Source of the DNA: Acidobacteriota bacterium
GTDB lineage: Bacteria > Acidobacteriota > UBA890 > WLXD01
Direction of reading: 5' to 3'
Length of the DNA: 64,000 nt
NCBI GenBank assembly: GCA_965248695.1
Contig: CBDFKD010000002.1
Span: 960,001 to 1,024,000 of the forward strand
The translations under genes were made by a program, and so were the position numbers. The notes under the pieces are model-generated. The model was not told the origin of the DNA. It saw only the letters and a program-made list of their open reading frames with translations, and searched no databases. Positions within the stretch are counted from its first letter, which is position 1, and the number at the start of each line of letters is the position of its first letter. Below are positions 28,860 through 38,679 of this stretch, piece after piece.

Positions 28860-29342
28860 TCACCGCTCCACCCCCGCCGACCAGCCCTCAGGGTGCGGCT
28901 CGCCGATCCCCTTCATCTCGTTGACCCATGCGGCGCTGCCTTGACGTGCCCAGTCGAGCGGCGGGCGCAGTTCATGGATCGCCGACCCGTAGTGGCTCAT
29001 CTTCTGCGAGCGCTCCCAGGCTTCCACCCATACACAGGGCTCATCGGGAAGCACCTCGCAGTTGCCGTTCAGCCGCACGCCGCCACAGGGGCCGTTCCGT
29101 AGGTTCTTGGGACAGCTCATCGGGCAAGTCATGCCGGTGGAGTGCAGCACGCACTGGCCGCACATGCGGCAGTCGAACACCAGCCCCTTGCTGAGCCGCT
29201 CGACCGGCCGCAGCAATCGATCGAGCCAACGGAGCTCGCCGCCCGCGGCCAGCCCGCGCACCGGCTTCATGACCGCCAGCATCAGGCGATACGACCACTC
29301 CAGCGCACGTGGCCGATTGCGCATCCAACGGCCGAAGCTCAC
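28860..29342 (-). CDS. MTHFR C-terminal-domain (MetV-like) Cys-rich protein
   Basis: CRMCGQC...CPMSCPK..RNGPCGG...C...C; directly upstream of metF. Confidence 0.85.
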   Translation of the reverse strand: MSFGRWMRNRPRALEWSYRLMLAVMKPVRGLAAGGELRWLDRLLRPVERLSKGLVFDCRMCGQCVLHSTGMTCPMSCPKNLRNGPCGGVRLNGNCEVLPDEPCVWVEAWERSQKMSHYGSAIHELRPPLDWARQGSAAWVNEMKGIGEPHPEGWSAGVER

Positions 29343-29473
29343 CGCAAGATCACCGGGTCGATATCGATCTCAACCACACCCGTGCCGACTCCGCTCGACT
29401 CCGGGGCTGGCGCGCAGGCCACGGTGGCAATCAAGCAGATCAGAGCGGAGATTCGGAAAGTTGGGAGACGCAT
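29339..29473 (-). pseudogene. 44-aa ORF with lipoprotein signal peptide (truncated-gene remnant or small lipoprotein)
   Basis: AGGAG RBS before ATG 29473; MRLPTFRISALICLIATVAC lipobox-like segment; TGA overlaps the metV-like GTG. Confidence 0.45.
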
Positions 29474-29633
29474 GGCCAACTCCTGTTGACGGGCCGCACA
29501 ATTGCACCAGGGCAGCGTGCGTGCGCCGAGCCGCGCTATGGTGCCGATCGCTACGATACAGTTCAAGCCGCTCGGCGGATCTACAGACCTCTGCCGCCGC
29601 GGCCAAGAGATCCTGTTCTCTCGGAGGACCTTG

Positions 29634-30914
29634 ATGAAGCGCCGGACCTTGACCACCGCAGCGGCTATGACGACGTTCATGGCTGTCGCAGCCCCGACCG
29701 TAACCGCGCAGGGTCTGCCGCGCGCCGCTCCGGACGAGGTGGGCCTGTCAGGCGAGCGTCTGGCGCGAATCCGGCCCGTGATGCAGGCCTACGTGGACGC
29801 TGGGACGCTACCGGGCGTCACCACGGCGATCGCTCGTCGCGGCAAGCTGGTGCACTTCGAGCAGATCGGCATGATGGACGTCGAGCGGGGTAAGTCACTG
29901 CGCCCCGATACCATTTTTCGCATGGCGTCGATGACCAAGCCGATGACCGGCGTGGCGATGATGATCCTCTACGAGGAGGGTCGCTACCTGCTCACCGATC
30001 CGGTGTCGCAGTACCTGCCGGAGTTCGCCGACCTGCAGACGTGGGTCGGCGGCACCGCCGAGGCGCCGCAAACGGAGCCAGCGCGACCGATGGCGGTCAA
30101 GGACCTACTGACCCACACGTCGGGATTGATATACGGCGGCAACGAATCCGCGGTCGGACAGCTGTACGGCCAAGCGCAGCTGTTCGCGGCGCCGACGCTG
30201 GCCGACTTCACGCAACGCGTCGCGTCGATTCCGCTGGCGTTCCAGCCAGGGAGCCGGTGGGAGTACTCGATCTCACAGGACGTCCTCGGACGCCTGGTGG
30301 AGGTGCTGTCGGGCCAACCGTTCGACGAGTTCCTGACACAGCGTGTGTTCGAGCCGCTCGGCATGAAGGACACTGGCTTCTACGTTCCTGAGGAGCATGC
30401 CGACCGACTCGCCGCCAACTACCGGGCAACTCCCGAGCGCGGCCTGGAGCCCGTACCGTCGCGACCGGGTATCCATGATCCCGATCGGGTGCCCTACGGC
30501 GGCGGCTCGGTGTCGACCGCTGCCGATTACCTTCGCTTCGCGCAAATGCTCGCCAACAGCGGTGAGCTCGACGGGGTGCGCATTCTCGGTCGCAAGACCG
30601 TCGATCTGATGATGATGAACCACCTCGACCCGGAGCTCGGCCCTGAGCCCATGGCGGCGATGACCAGCTCGCTGCAGTCGAGCCCGCGTGGCGTTGGCTA
30701 CGGACTCACCGGCGCGGTGATCACCGACGTGGCGTTGTCGTCGCTGCCGGGCTCGGTCGGCACGTTCTCCTGGGGGGGCGCGCGCAGCACCTACTTCTGG
30801 GTGGACCGTTCCGAGGAGCTTGTCGGGTTGCTCCTGACCCAGGTGTCACCTTCCGACCGTTACCCGCTGCGCGCCGAGATCCGCATCCTTACGTATCAGG
30901 CACTCATCGAATAA
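29634..30914 (+). CDS. Secreted serine hydrolase, beta-lactamase class C fold
   Basis: Signal peptide; SMTK, LLTHTSG, WEYS, FSWGG; GGAGG RBS. Confidence 0.88.
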   Translation: MKRRTLTTAAAMTTFMAVAAPTVTAQGLPRAAPDEVGLSGERLARIRPVMQAYVDAGTLPGVTTAIARRGKLVHFEQIGMMDVERGKSLRPDTIFRMASMTKPMTGVAMMILYEEGRYLLTDPVSQYLPEFADLQTWVGGTAEAPQTEPARPMAVKDLLTHTSGLIYGGNESAVGQLYGQAQLFAAPTLADFTQRVASIPLAFQPGSRWEYSISQDVLGRLVEVLSGQPFDEFLTQRVFEPLGMKDTGFYVPEEHADRLAANYRATPERGLEPVPSRPGIHDPDRVPYGGGSVSTAADYLRFAQMLANSGELDGVRILGRKTVDLMMMNHLDPELGPEPMAAMTSSLQSSPRGVGYGLTGAVITDVALSSLPGSVGTFSWGGARSTYFWVDRSEELVGLLLTQVSPSDRYPLRAEIRILTYQALIE

Positions 30915-31097
30915 GACTCACGGCGCGGATCGATGGGGACCCGACAGGAATCCGGCCATACGGCGAGCTCCTGGCCAGGACCGGTCGGTTGACACCCGGT
31001 ACGTACAGGGATTTGCTTGGCGACGCTACTTTACAAACCGTGCTGGCGCCGCTTCTCGGCGCGTCGAAGCGCCGCTCGGCCCGCCTCCGAGGACGAC

Positions 31098-32606
31098 ATG
31101 TCAATAGACCAACTCGCTTCTTCGACAATCGTTACCCTGTCGTGCCGTTTCGCAAGTCTGGCGACGATGGCACTGCTCGCTAGCGGATGCACTATCGCCG
31201 CCGGGCCCGGAGACAACGCAGGGAACACCGACACGGGCGCTGACAACCCCGCCGTCGATGCAATGTTCGCTGCATTCGACCAACCGGGCTCGCCGGGCTG
31301 TGGCCTGGCCGTGGCTCAGGACGGCGAGCTGATCTACGCGCGCGGCTATGGCTACGCCAACCTCGACCACGACATTCCCAATTCGCCACACACGGTGTTC
31401 GACGTCGGCTCGGTGACCAAGCAGTTCACCGCCGCCAGCCTCAGCATGCTGGCGCAGGAAGAGAAGCTGACGCTGGACGACGACATCCGCCGATGGTTGC
31501 CGGAGTTGCCGGAGTACGAGCCGACGGTCACCATCCGTCACCTGCTGCACCACACCGGTGGACTGCGTGACTACCTCAACCTGTTTCCGCTCGCCGGGCG
31601 CAACGACTACTTCCCGATCTCACACGCGCAGATCCTGGCGATGATGTCGCGGCAACGGGCACCGATCTTTGCCGCCGGCGAGCGCTATCGCTACAGCAAC
31701 ACCGGCTACATGCTGCTGGCGCAGATCCTCGAGCGCGCCGGCAGCGAGTCGCTGGGCGAGATGGCGCAGGCGCGCATCTTCGACCCGCTCGACATGACCG
31801 GCAGCCACATGTACGAGGACCTGCGAGAGATCATCCCCGGTCGCGCCATCGGCTACGACCGCGACGACGACGGCGACCTACGCATCGTGCACAACTACAA
31901 CTTCGACGTCACCGGCGACGGGCAGCTCTACACCACGATGCCGGACCTGCTGCGCTGGGATGAATGGTTGCACGGCGACGAACCGTCGATTCACGCCATG
32001 ATGCTCACCGAAGGCCACCTCAACAACGGCGAGCCGGTGGGTTACGCGCAAGGAATCCGCCTGGATGAGTATCGCGGGCTGCGTACGGTCGGCCACAGCG
32101 GCGGATCCTGGGGATTCGTCACGCAGATGGTGCGATTCGTCGAGCCCGCGCTATCGATCGCGATCTCGTGCAACGCCGGGTGGGCGCGGCCGGGGAGGCT
32201 GGCAGAGCAGGTCGCTGATCACTACCTAGCGGATCAACTCGGCCCCGCGGAAGGCGACGGCGCGGATCCCCCGTCAGAGTCGGAGCGCGCGGACGCGTCT
32301 CCCGTCCCCGCGGCGTGGACTTCGGCGCTGCAGTCGGCGATCACGGGCGAGTTCTACTCGCGCGAGCTCGACGCCACGTACCGCTTCGCCCCCGCGGACG
32401 GCGGCGTGGCTGTGCGCATCGAGCAAGACGCGCCGCTCGAGGTCACCCTGCTGACGGAGGACACACTCGAGTTCAGCCTCGGCGACGAGGCGCTCGGCGG
32501 CACCCGCAAAGCAACCCTGTCGCTCGATCGAGACCGTGCCGGCCTCGTGACGGGATTCAGTCTCAGCGCGTCGTCGGAGCACGGCCTGGTATTCAAGCGG
32601 CGCTAG
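31098..32606 (+). CDS. Lipoprotein serine hydrolase (D-aminopeptidase/beta-lactamase-like)
   Basis: LASGC lipobox; SVTK, LLHHTGG, YSN, HSG. Confidence 0.88.
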   Translation: MSIDQLASSTIVTLSCRFASLATMALLASGCTIAAGPGDNAGNTDTGADNPAVDAMFAAFDQPGSPGCGLAVAQDGELIYARGYGYANLDHDIPNSPHTVFDVGSVTKQFTAASLSMLAQEEKLTLDDDIRRWLPELPEYEPTVTIRHLLHHTGGLRDYLNLFPLAGRNDYFPISHAQILAMMSRQRAPIFAAGERYRYSNTGYMLLAQILERAGSESLGEMAQARIFDPLDMTGSHMYEDLREIIPGRAIGYDRDDDGDLRIVHNYNFDVTGDGQLYTTMPDLLRWDEWLHGDEPSIHAMMLTEGHLNNGEPVGYAQGIRLDEYRGLRTVGHSGGSWGFVTQMVRFVEPALSIAISCNAGWARPGRLAEQVADHYLADQLGPAEGDGADPPSESERADASPVPAAWTSALQSAITGEFYSRELDATYRFAPADGGVAVRIEQDAPLEVTLLTEDTLEFSLGDEALGGTRKATLSLDRDRAGLVTGFSLSASSEHGLVFKRR

Positions 32607-32652
32607 TCCCGGCGCCAGTACCGACGATAACTCCGCCGATGCCGGAAGATAG

Positions 32653-34383
32653 CTACTCCTGTGCCCAGATCGCCAGCGCTTCATCGTGCAGCGCGCAGGC
32701 TTCCTGACGCAATCCGGCGCCGGCCCTGACCTGGGCGCCCAATTCCAGGTACTCGTCGGCCTCGGAGTACGCCGGCCAGGCCGGCCGGCCGTCGCCGTTC
32801 GGGTCGCCGGTGGCGGCGAAGCTCGTCCAGTACCCGCCGACCGTCTCCGCCAGCGCCGCGTCGGTGCTGTCCCAGGGCATCCAACTGTCCGGAGTGCTGA
32901 GCACGTACGGGATCTCGGCGCCGTGGTACGCGCCGACCGTAGCGCCAGGCTGTGCGCGACTGAAGAAATACAACCACGCAGGGGCGCCGGTCTGTGGGGT
33001 CCTCGCCGCCAGGTACTTGGCGCTGCAGCCGAACGTGTTGTTCGTGCTGTAGCGATCGAAGGCGGCGACGATCCCTCCGTCGCCAACCGCGTAGACCTCG
33101 ACGGCGTGATCCCCAAGGGGGCCATAGCGCTGACGAATCATCGCCTCGAGCCTGTCGGCATCGATGTCGCGGGGGACGCGCATGGAACCCTCGTTGGCGT
33201 TGAAGCCGATCAGCAGCGGAACAGCATGCTGGTCGCCAGCCGCGAACGTCTCTGCCAGGGGGCGCGACACCACCCAGCCGTCGATGTTGGGGCCTCCGTC
33301 GGCGCCGCCAGGCACGTTGGCCGCCAGGATTTCCTCGATACTCGCCGCACGCATGGCCGCCAGCGACTCGGCCGGATCATCACTCGCCGCCTGGCCCCCG
33401 AGCGCCCGGCCTAGTTGCCTGCCGCGCTCCTCGGCCTGCTCGAGGGTGGAGAACCTCGACGCCGGGTACGCGCCGCTCTGGGAGATAGCCCGGTGGAACA
33501 GCCCCTCGGCAAGCGGCGAGACCATCAGGAAAGCGATGTTGGCCCCGCCGGCAGACTCGCCGAAGATCGTCACCCGATCCGGGTCTCCACCGAAAGCCGC
33601 GATATTGCGCTGCACCCACTGCAGGGCGGCAATCTGATCGAGCAGGGCATAGTTGCCTGAGGCCCTGTCCGGAGACTCGGCGGTAAGCCCAGGATGCGCC
33701 ATGAAGCCGAAATCGTTGAGACGATAGTTGATGCTCACCACCACGACGCCGCGGCGCGCCAGGTGGTGGCCCTGATACGGCAACTCGGCGGACCAACCGA
33801 CGGTGTTGCCGCCTCCATGGATCCACACCATGACCGGTTGCGGGGTATCGCCCTGCCAGTTGGTCGTCCAGACGTTGAGTTGTAGACAGTCCTCGCTCAC
33901 CGGCGGCATGCTGAAGGCGACACTCGGGTCCTGCCCGAGCCCCTCGGCGACGGAGCGATACCAGTCCAGGTTGCTATCGTCTTGCGGGCACGCCGGCGGG
34001 AACGTCCAGGCCTGCTGCACACCGGCGCGGGGCTCGTGGGGCTGCGGAGGGCGCCAGCGAAGCTCGCCCACAGGCGCCTCAGCGAACGGGATGCCCTTGA
34101 ACACCACCTGGCTGCCGTCGGAGCTGAAGTAGCCACCCTCGAGCGACTCGCCGTCGGCCTGCACACGCGGCGGGGCGTCCATGGAAGCGGCCGATCCGAC
34201 CCCGGTGGCGTCCGCCGACTGCGAAGCAGGAACGCAGGCCGTCGACGCCACCAGCATCCCCACTACGATGGCCACCCAGAGCTTCAGCGGCCGCGCCGCG
34301 ATCGCGGTTGCTATCCCCTCAGGGCGTCCTCGTCGGAGCCCGCTCGATCCGCGCCTGTACTCGTTCATCACATCACTCGCCAA
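32653..34383 (-). CDS. Type-B carboxylesterase/lipase
   Basis: FKGIPFA, SEDCL, WIHGGG, GESAG, YHGAEI; start uncertain. Confidence 0.9.
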   Translation of the reverse strand: MASDVMNEYRRGSSGLRRGRPEGIATAIAARPLKLWVAIVVGMLVASTACVPASQSADATGVGSAASMDAPPRVQADGESLEGGYFSSDGSQVVFKGIPFAEAPVGELRWRPPQPHEPRAGVQQAWTFPPACPQDDSNLDWYRSVAEGLGQDPSVAFSMPPVSEDCLQLNVWTTNWQGDTPQPVMVWIHGGGNTVGWSAELPYQGHHLARRGVVVVSINYRLNDFGFMAHPGLTAESPDRASGNYALLDQIAALQWVQRNIAAFGGDPDRVTIFGESAGGANIAFLMVSPLAEGLFHRAISQSGAYPASRFSTLEQAEERGRQLGRALGGQAASDDPAESLAAMRAASIEEILAANVPGGADGGPNIDGWVVSRPLAETFAAGDQHAVPLLIGFNANEGSMRVPRDIDADRLEAMIRQRYGPLGDHAVEVYAVGDGGIVAAFDRYSTNNTFGCSAKYLAARTPQTGAPAWLYFFSRAQPGATVGAYHGAEIPYVLSTPDSWMPWDSTDAALAETVGGYWTSFAATGDPNGDGRPAWPAYSEADEYLELGAQVRAGAGLRQEACALHDEALAIWAQE

Positions 34384-34457
34384 TGGAACCGATACCGGAG
34401 GAATGGCATTATGGCGGGCTGCGACGCACGCTACCAGGGTGTACGCAAAGGACCGCG

Positions 34458-34931
34458 ATGCAGATCCGTTTCGACGATATCGACGGGCTCAGAAACCTCA
34501 TCAGCGACGAGTACGGCGAGTACGGCCCATCTCTCGAGATCACCCAGGAGCGCATCAACGCGTTCGCCAGGGTGACCGAGGATCACCAATGGATCCACGA
34601 GGACGTGGCGCGTGCCGAGGCGGGTCCGTTCGGTACCCCCATCGCCCACGGCTTCCTCGTCCTCAGCCTGGTCGGCTCGCTCTACGACGAGTCCCAGATG
34701 GATATCACCGGCGCCGGCATGACGATCAACTACGGTGCCAATCGCCTGCGCTTCATCGACCCGGTACCCGTGGGGAGCCGCGTGCGGTTGCGGCAACGGG
34801 TAACGGACGTCGTCGCCAAGCCCAAGGGCACCGTGCTGACCCACGAGGTGGAGGTCAGCGTCGAGGGGGCTGCACGCCCCGCGATGATCTACGAGATGCT
34901 GACCATGTACGCTCCCGCGGCGCCGGCGTAG
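34458..34931 (+). CDS. MaoC-family dehydratase
   Basis: FARVTEDHQWIHED, GPFGTPIAHG, NYG..RLRF. Confidence 0.88.
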   Translation: MQIRFDDIDGLRNLISDEYGEYGPSLEITQERINAFARVTEDHQWIHEDVARAEAGPFGTPIAHGFLVLSLVGSLYDESQMDITGAGMTINYGANRLRFIDPVPVGSRVRLRQRVTDVVAKPKGTVLTHEVEVSVEGAARPAMIYEMLTMYAPAAPA

Positions 34932-34933
34932 TC

Positions 34934-35362
34934 GTGGCCACTGTCTCCCGCCCCGACGCGCCACGCTGCTTCGTGTGCGGGCCCGACAACCCGATCGGGC
35001 TCGGTATTCGCTTCCGCCTCGACGGCGAGGTCTGCCGCGGCGAGTTCACCCCGGACGAGAACCACTGCGGCTTCGACGGCCAAACCCACGGCGGCATCAT
35101 CTTCAGCGCCCTGGACGATGTGATGGCCAACTGGTTGTTCCTGCGCGGCGCGCGTGGAAACACGGCCCGCTGTGAGATGCGTTACCGGAAGCCGCTGCCG
35201 ACGGGCACCGCGGTGCTGCTCGAGGGAAGGCTCACCAAGCTCAGGAGCAAGCTGGCACAGCTCGAAGGACGAATCCTGCGGGCCGACGACGGCAGCCTGG
35301 TGGCCGAGTGCCACGCCAGCTTCATGATCACCGACCCCGGACCGCCCGGCGCGCTCGACTAG
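34934..35362 (+). CDS. PaaI-family hotdog thioesterase
   Basis: CFVCGPDNPIG, HGGIIFSALDD. Confidence 0.85.
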   Translation: MATVSRPDAPRCFVCGPDNPIGLGIRFRLDGEVCRGEFTPDENHCGFDGQTHGGIIFSALDDVMANWLFLRGARGNTARCEMRYRKPLPTGTAVLLEGRLTKLRSKLAQLEGRILRADDGSLVAECHASFMITDPGPPGALD

Positions 35363-35383
35363 CGACGCCGACAGGAGCGCACC

Positions 35384-36529
35384 ATGACCGACGACGGCTT
35401 TGCCGCGCAGATCGCTATCGGGCCACGGGTCCGCAAATCGCCGTATTTCGACGCCACGCGGCGCTGGGGCGCCAGGGGTTTCTCGATCTACAACCACACC
35501 CTCATACCGATCTGGTACACCGACAGCGTCGATGAGTACTGGAAGCTGCTGAAGACGGTGACCCTGTGGGATGTCGGCTGTCAGCGTCAGGTCGAGATCA
35601 GCGGCCCGGAGGCGGCGCGCTTCACCCAGTACCTGACGCCGCGCAATCTGGCGAGCTGCGCGGTGGGGCAATGCAAGTACGTACTGATGACCAACGAGGC
35701 CGGGGGTGTAGTCAACGACGCAGTGCTGTATCGGCTAGCAGAGGATCGCTTCTGGTTCTCACCCGGCGATGGCGACGCGTTGCTGTGGGCCATGGGGGCA
35801 GCGGTGCACTCGGGCATGGACGTCACCGTGGAGGAGCCCGATGTCTGGCCGATGCAGCTGCAAGGCCCGAGCTCCATCCATGTGGCCCGCAAGCTGTTCG
35901 GCGACTGGGTCGAGAAGCTCGGCTTCTACCGCCTACGCGAGACCGAGCTCGACGGGATCCCGCTGGTGCTCACCCGCACTGGCTGGAGCGGCGAGTTCGG
36001 CTTCGAGATCCTGCCGCACAGCAGCGACCGCGGCGACGAGTTGTGGGAGCTGATCATGGCCGCCGGCGCCGAGTGGGACATCGCCGCCATTTGCCCGTCG
36101 GCGATCCGCAGCATCGAGGCCGGCAACCTCGACTACCGCTCCGACATCACCCTCGACGACAACCCGTTCACGCTCGGCTACGAGCGTCTCGTCGACCTGC
36201 ACCAGGAGGCCAACTTCATCGGCAAGGCGGCGCTCAAGCGCATCCAAGCGGAGGGACCCAAGCGCCGGCTGGTAGGCGTGGAGATCGACTGCGAGCCGCT
36301 GCCGCGGCTGAACGAGGAGTGGCTGCCGATCGTGGACGGCGACGAGCAGATCGGCCGCATCACGCGCTGCATCCACTCACCGCGGCTGAACAAGAACATC
36401 GGCTTCGCCAACGTCCCCGCCACGTTCGCCGACGAAGGCTCGACCTTCACCGTCCGCGGCCCCTTCGGCGACGCCACGGCCACGGTCATCCCGACTCCAT
36501 TCGTGCAGCGTGTAAAGTCCGCCGGCTAG
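35384..36529 (+). CDS. GcvT-family THF-dependent aminomethyl/methyltransferase, DmdA-like
   Basis: PRVRKSPYF, YNH, WDVGCQRQVEISGP, RTGWSGEFGFE, SIEAG. Confidence 0.8.
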   Translation: MTDDGFAAQIAIGPRVRKSPYFDATRRWGARGFSIYNHTLIPIWYTDSVDEYWKLLKTVTLWDVGCQRQVEISGPEAARFTQYLTPRNLASCAVGQCKYVLMTNEAGGVVNDAVLYRLAEDRFWFSPGDGDALLWAMGAAVHSGMDVTVEEPDVWPMQLQGPSSIHVARKLFGDWVEKLGFYRLRETELDGIPLVLTRTGWSGEFGFEILPHSSDRGDELWELIMAAGAEWDIAAICPSAIRSIEAGNLDYRSDITLDDNPFTLGYERLVDLHQEANFIGKAALKRIQAEGPKRRLVGVEIDCEPLPRLNEEWLPIVDGDEQIGRITRCIHSPRLNKNIGFANVPATFADEGSTFTVRGPFGDATATVIPTPFVQRVKSAG

Positions 36530-36532
36530 TCG

Positions 36533-37807
36533 CTAGTTCAAGATCGCCTGGTAGACGAGACTCTTGAACTTGTCGCCGTAGTCCACCGACGACGACCGCA
36601 GGATCTGGATCATGAAGATCCCGATCAAGTCATCGACCGGGTCGACCCAGAAGCGCGTGTGCGCGTAGCCACCCCAGGAGAACGTGCCCTCGTGCGAGGT
36701 CGCACCCATAGCGCCCAGGTCGGCGTTGACCATGAAGCCGAGGCCGAAGCCGTGGCCTTCCGCGCCCAGGCCCATCTCGATATCGCCTAGATGATCTTCC
36801 GTCATCATCTCGACGGTGTGCGCACCGAGCAGCCGGACACCACCGAGCTCACCGTCGTTGAGCAGCATCTGACAGAAACGTACGTAGTCGGTAGCTGTCG
36901 ATAGCAGCCCGCCGCCGCCGGAGGGTGCCGGGGGCGGCTCACGATAGTCGCGCGCCACCGCATCCGTCTCCATCGGCTTGAGCGTCAGGTCATCGGCAGC
37001 AATGGGTGTGTAGAGCGTCGTGAGTCGATGCGCCTTGCTCTCCGGTACCCAGAAGCTGGTGTCGTTCATCTCCAGCGGCCGGAAGATGCGCTCCTCGAGG
37101 AACTGATCGAACGGCATGCCCGAGACCACCTCGACGAACCGTCCCAGCACGTCGGTCGACACGCTGTAGTTCCAGGTGCTGCCGGGGTCGTAGCGCAGCG
37201 GCAGCGTACTCAGCTTGGTGACGAACTCAGCCAGCGAGTCCGAGTTGAGCATCTCCTGCTCGTTGTACATCTGATCGACCGTCGACGCTCCGAAGATCCC
37301 GTAGGTGAGCCCCGAAGTATGTCGGAGCAGATCGCGGACCGTCATGTCGCGGCTCGACCGCGTGGTGGTGAACTCGGGCTGGCCGTCCGCGCCGATGCCG
37401 TCGACGCCAACCATCAGGCCGCCGAGCTCGGGAATGTACTTGGAGACCGGATCGTTGAGCAGAAAACGACCCTCCTCCCACAACATCATCACCGCCACCG
37501 ATGTGATCGGTTTGGTCATCGAGTAGATGCGGAAGATCGAGTCGAGCTGCATCGGCGTATCGGCGCTCATGTCCTGCTCGCCGAGGGCCTCGTGGTAGGC
37601 AAGACGGCCGTTACGGGCGATCAGCGCCACCGACCCGGAGATGAGATCCCCATCGATATGGCGTTGGAGGAACGGGCCGATGCGATCGAGCCGCTCGCTC
37701 GACAGACCCACATCCTCGGGAGACGAGACCGGCAGGCCTTGCGCCCAGACCGGGGCGGCAACGAGCGCCAGGAGGACGACTATCACAGGTACACGCATCA
37801 GCTTCAT
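36533..37807 (-). CDS. Secreted serine hydrolase, beta-lactamase class C fold
   Basis: Signal peptide; SMTK, LLRHTSG, WNYS, SGGGGL, FSWGG. Confidence 0.9.
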   Translation of the reverse strand: MKLMRVPVIVVLLALVAAPVWAQGLPVSSPEDVGLSSERLDRIGPFLQRHIDGDLISGSVALIARNGRLAYHEALGEQDMSADTPMQLDSIFRIYSMTKPITSVAVMMLWEEGRFLLNDPVSKYIPELGGLMVGVDGIGADGQPEFTTTRSSRDMTVRDLLRHTSGLTYGIFGASTVDQMYNEQEMLNSDSLAEFVTKLSTLPLRYDPGSTWNYSVSTDVLGRFVEVVSGMPFDQFLEERIFRPLEMNDTSFWVPESKAHRLTTLYTPIAADDLTLKPMETDAVARDYREPPPAPSGGGGLLSTATDYVRFCQMLLNDGELGGVRLLGAHTVEMMTEDHLGDIEMGLGAEGHGFGLGFMVNADLGAMGATSHEGTFSWGGYAHTRFWVDPVDDLIGIFMIQILRSSSVDYGDKFKSLVYQAILN

Positions 37808-37896
37808 GATTCGGCTCCGATTGCTGGCGCGGTGCAACGCGCCGGTTTCGAGTGTCGCAAGTTCGCGGCCTGCCTACAGGCTACTGGTGATGAGAG

Positions 37897-38679
37897 TCAG
37901 GCATCGGCCGTCAGGCTCGCCTGGAACCGGCGCATGCCGGTGAGCCAGCGATCGTAGTCCGCCGCCTTGCGCTGGAAGAAATCGGCGACCTCAGGGTGCG
38001 GCAGTATCAGGAACTGTCCGGCGGCCATTGCCTCGACTACCGAGTCCGCCACGTCATCGGGCTCCAGCGCCACGCCCTTGAGGTACGCGCCGATGGCGGA
38101 GTCCGCCTCGAACTGGCTCATCATGGGTGTGTTGACCCCCTGCGGGCACAGACAGAACACCTCGATGCCGTCGTCCGCGTGGGTCATCGAGAGCCATTCT
38201 GCCAGCGACAGCGCAGCATGTTTGGTCACCGAGTATGGCGCTGACCCCACCTGTGTGAGTAGGCCGGCGGCCGAGGCAGTGATCAGGAACGCTCCCCTGC
38301 CACGCTCCAGCATCGGCGGCAGCAGGGCGCGGCTGGCATAGACGATCGACATGAAGTTGACGTCCCAGACGCGCTTCCACTCCGCGTCGCTCACCTCAAC
38401 TCCGCCCTCGCTGAACACGCCGGCGTTGCAGCAAAACAGATCGATGGCGCCGAAGTGCTCCTCGGTCTCGGCCACGAGGCTCTGAACCTGTGCCTCGACC
38501 GCGACGTCCGTTGTCACCGCCAGCCCATCGATCTCCGCCGCCACCGCCGCAGCGCCGTCGGCGCACCGGTCGGCGACCACCACGCCCCGCGCGCCTTCGG
38601 CGGCGAACCGCAGACACAGCGCGCGACCGATACCGCTCGCCCCACCGGTGACGACGACAACCTTGCCGTCGAGATTCAC
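37897..38679 (-). CDS. SDR oxidoreductase
   Basis: TGGASGIG, CNAG, YSVTK; GTGA coupling to the upstream gene. Confidence 0.88.
   Translation of the reverse strand: MNLDGKVVVVTGGASGIGRALCLRFAAEGARGVVVADRCADGAAAVAAEIDGLAVTTDVAVEAQVQSLVAETEEHFGAIDLFCCNAGVFSEGGVEVSDAEWKRVWDVNFMSIVYASRALLPPMLERGRGAFLITASAAGLLTQVGSAPYSVTKHAALSLAEWLSMTHADDGIEVFCLCPQGVNTPMMSQFEADSAIGAYLKGVALEPDDVADSVVEAMAAGQFLILPHPEVADFFQRKAADYDRWLTGMRRFQASLTADA

Noticed and set aside
29343-29633. Possible SAM/THF riboswitch upstream of the metV-like gene and metF
   Set aside because: No recognisable consensus by eye; an Rfam/Infernal scan would be needed
29634-37807. Antibiotic-resistance beta-lactamases
   Set aside because: They lack the AmpC KTG triad (WGG or HSG instead), so esterase/peptidase-type members are more likely
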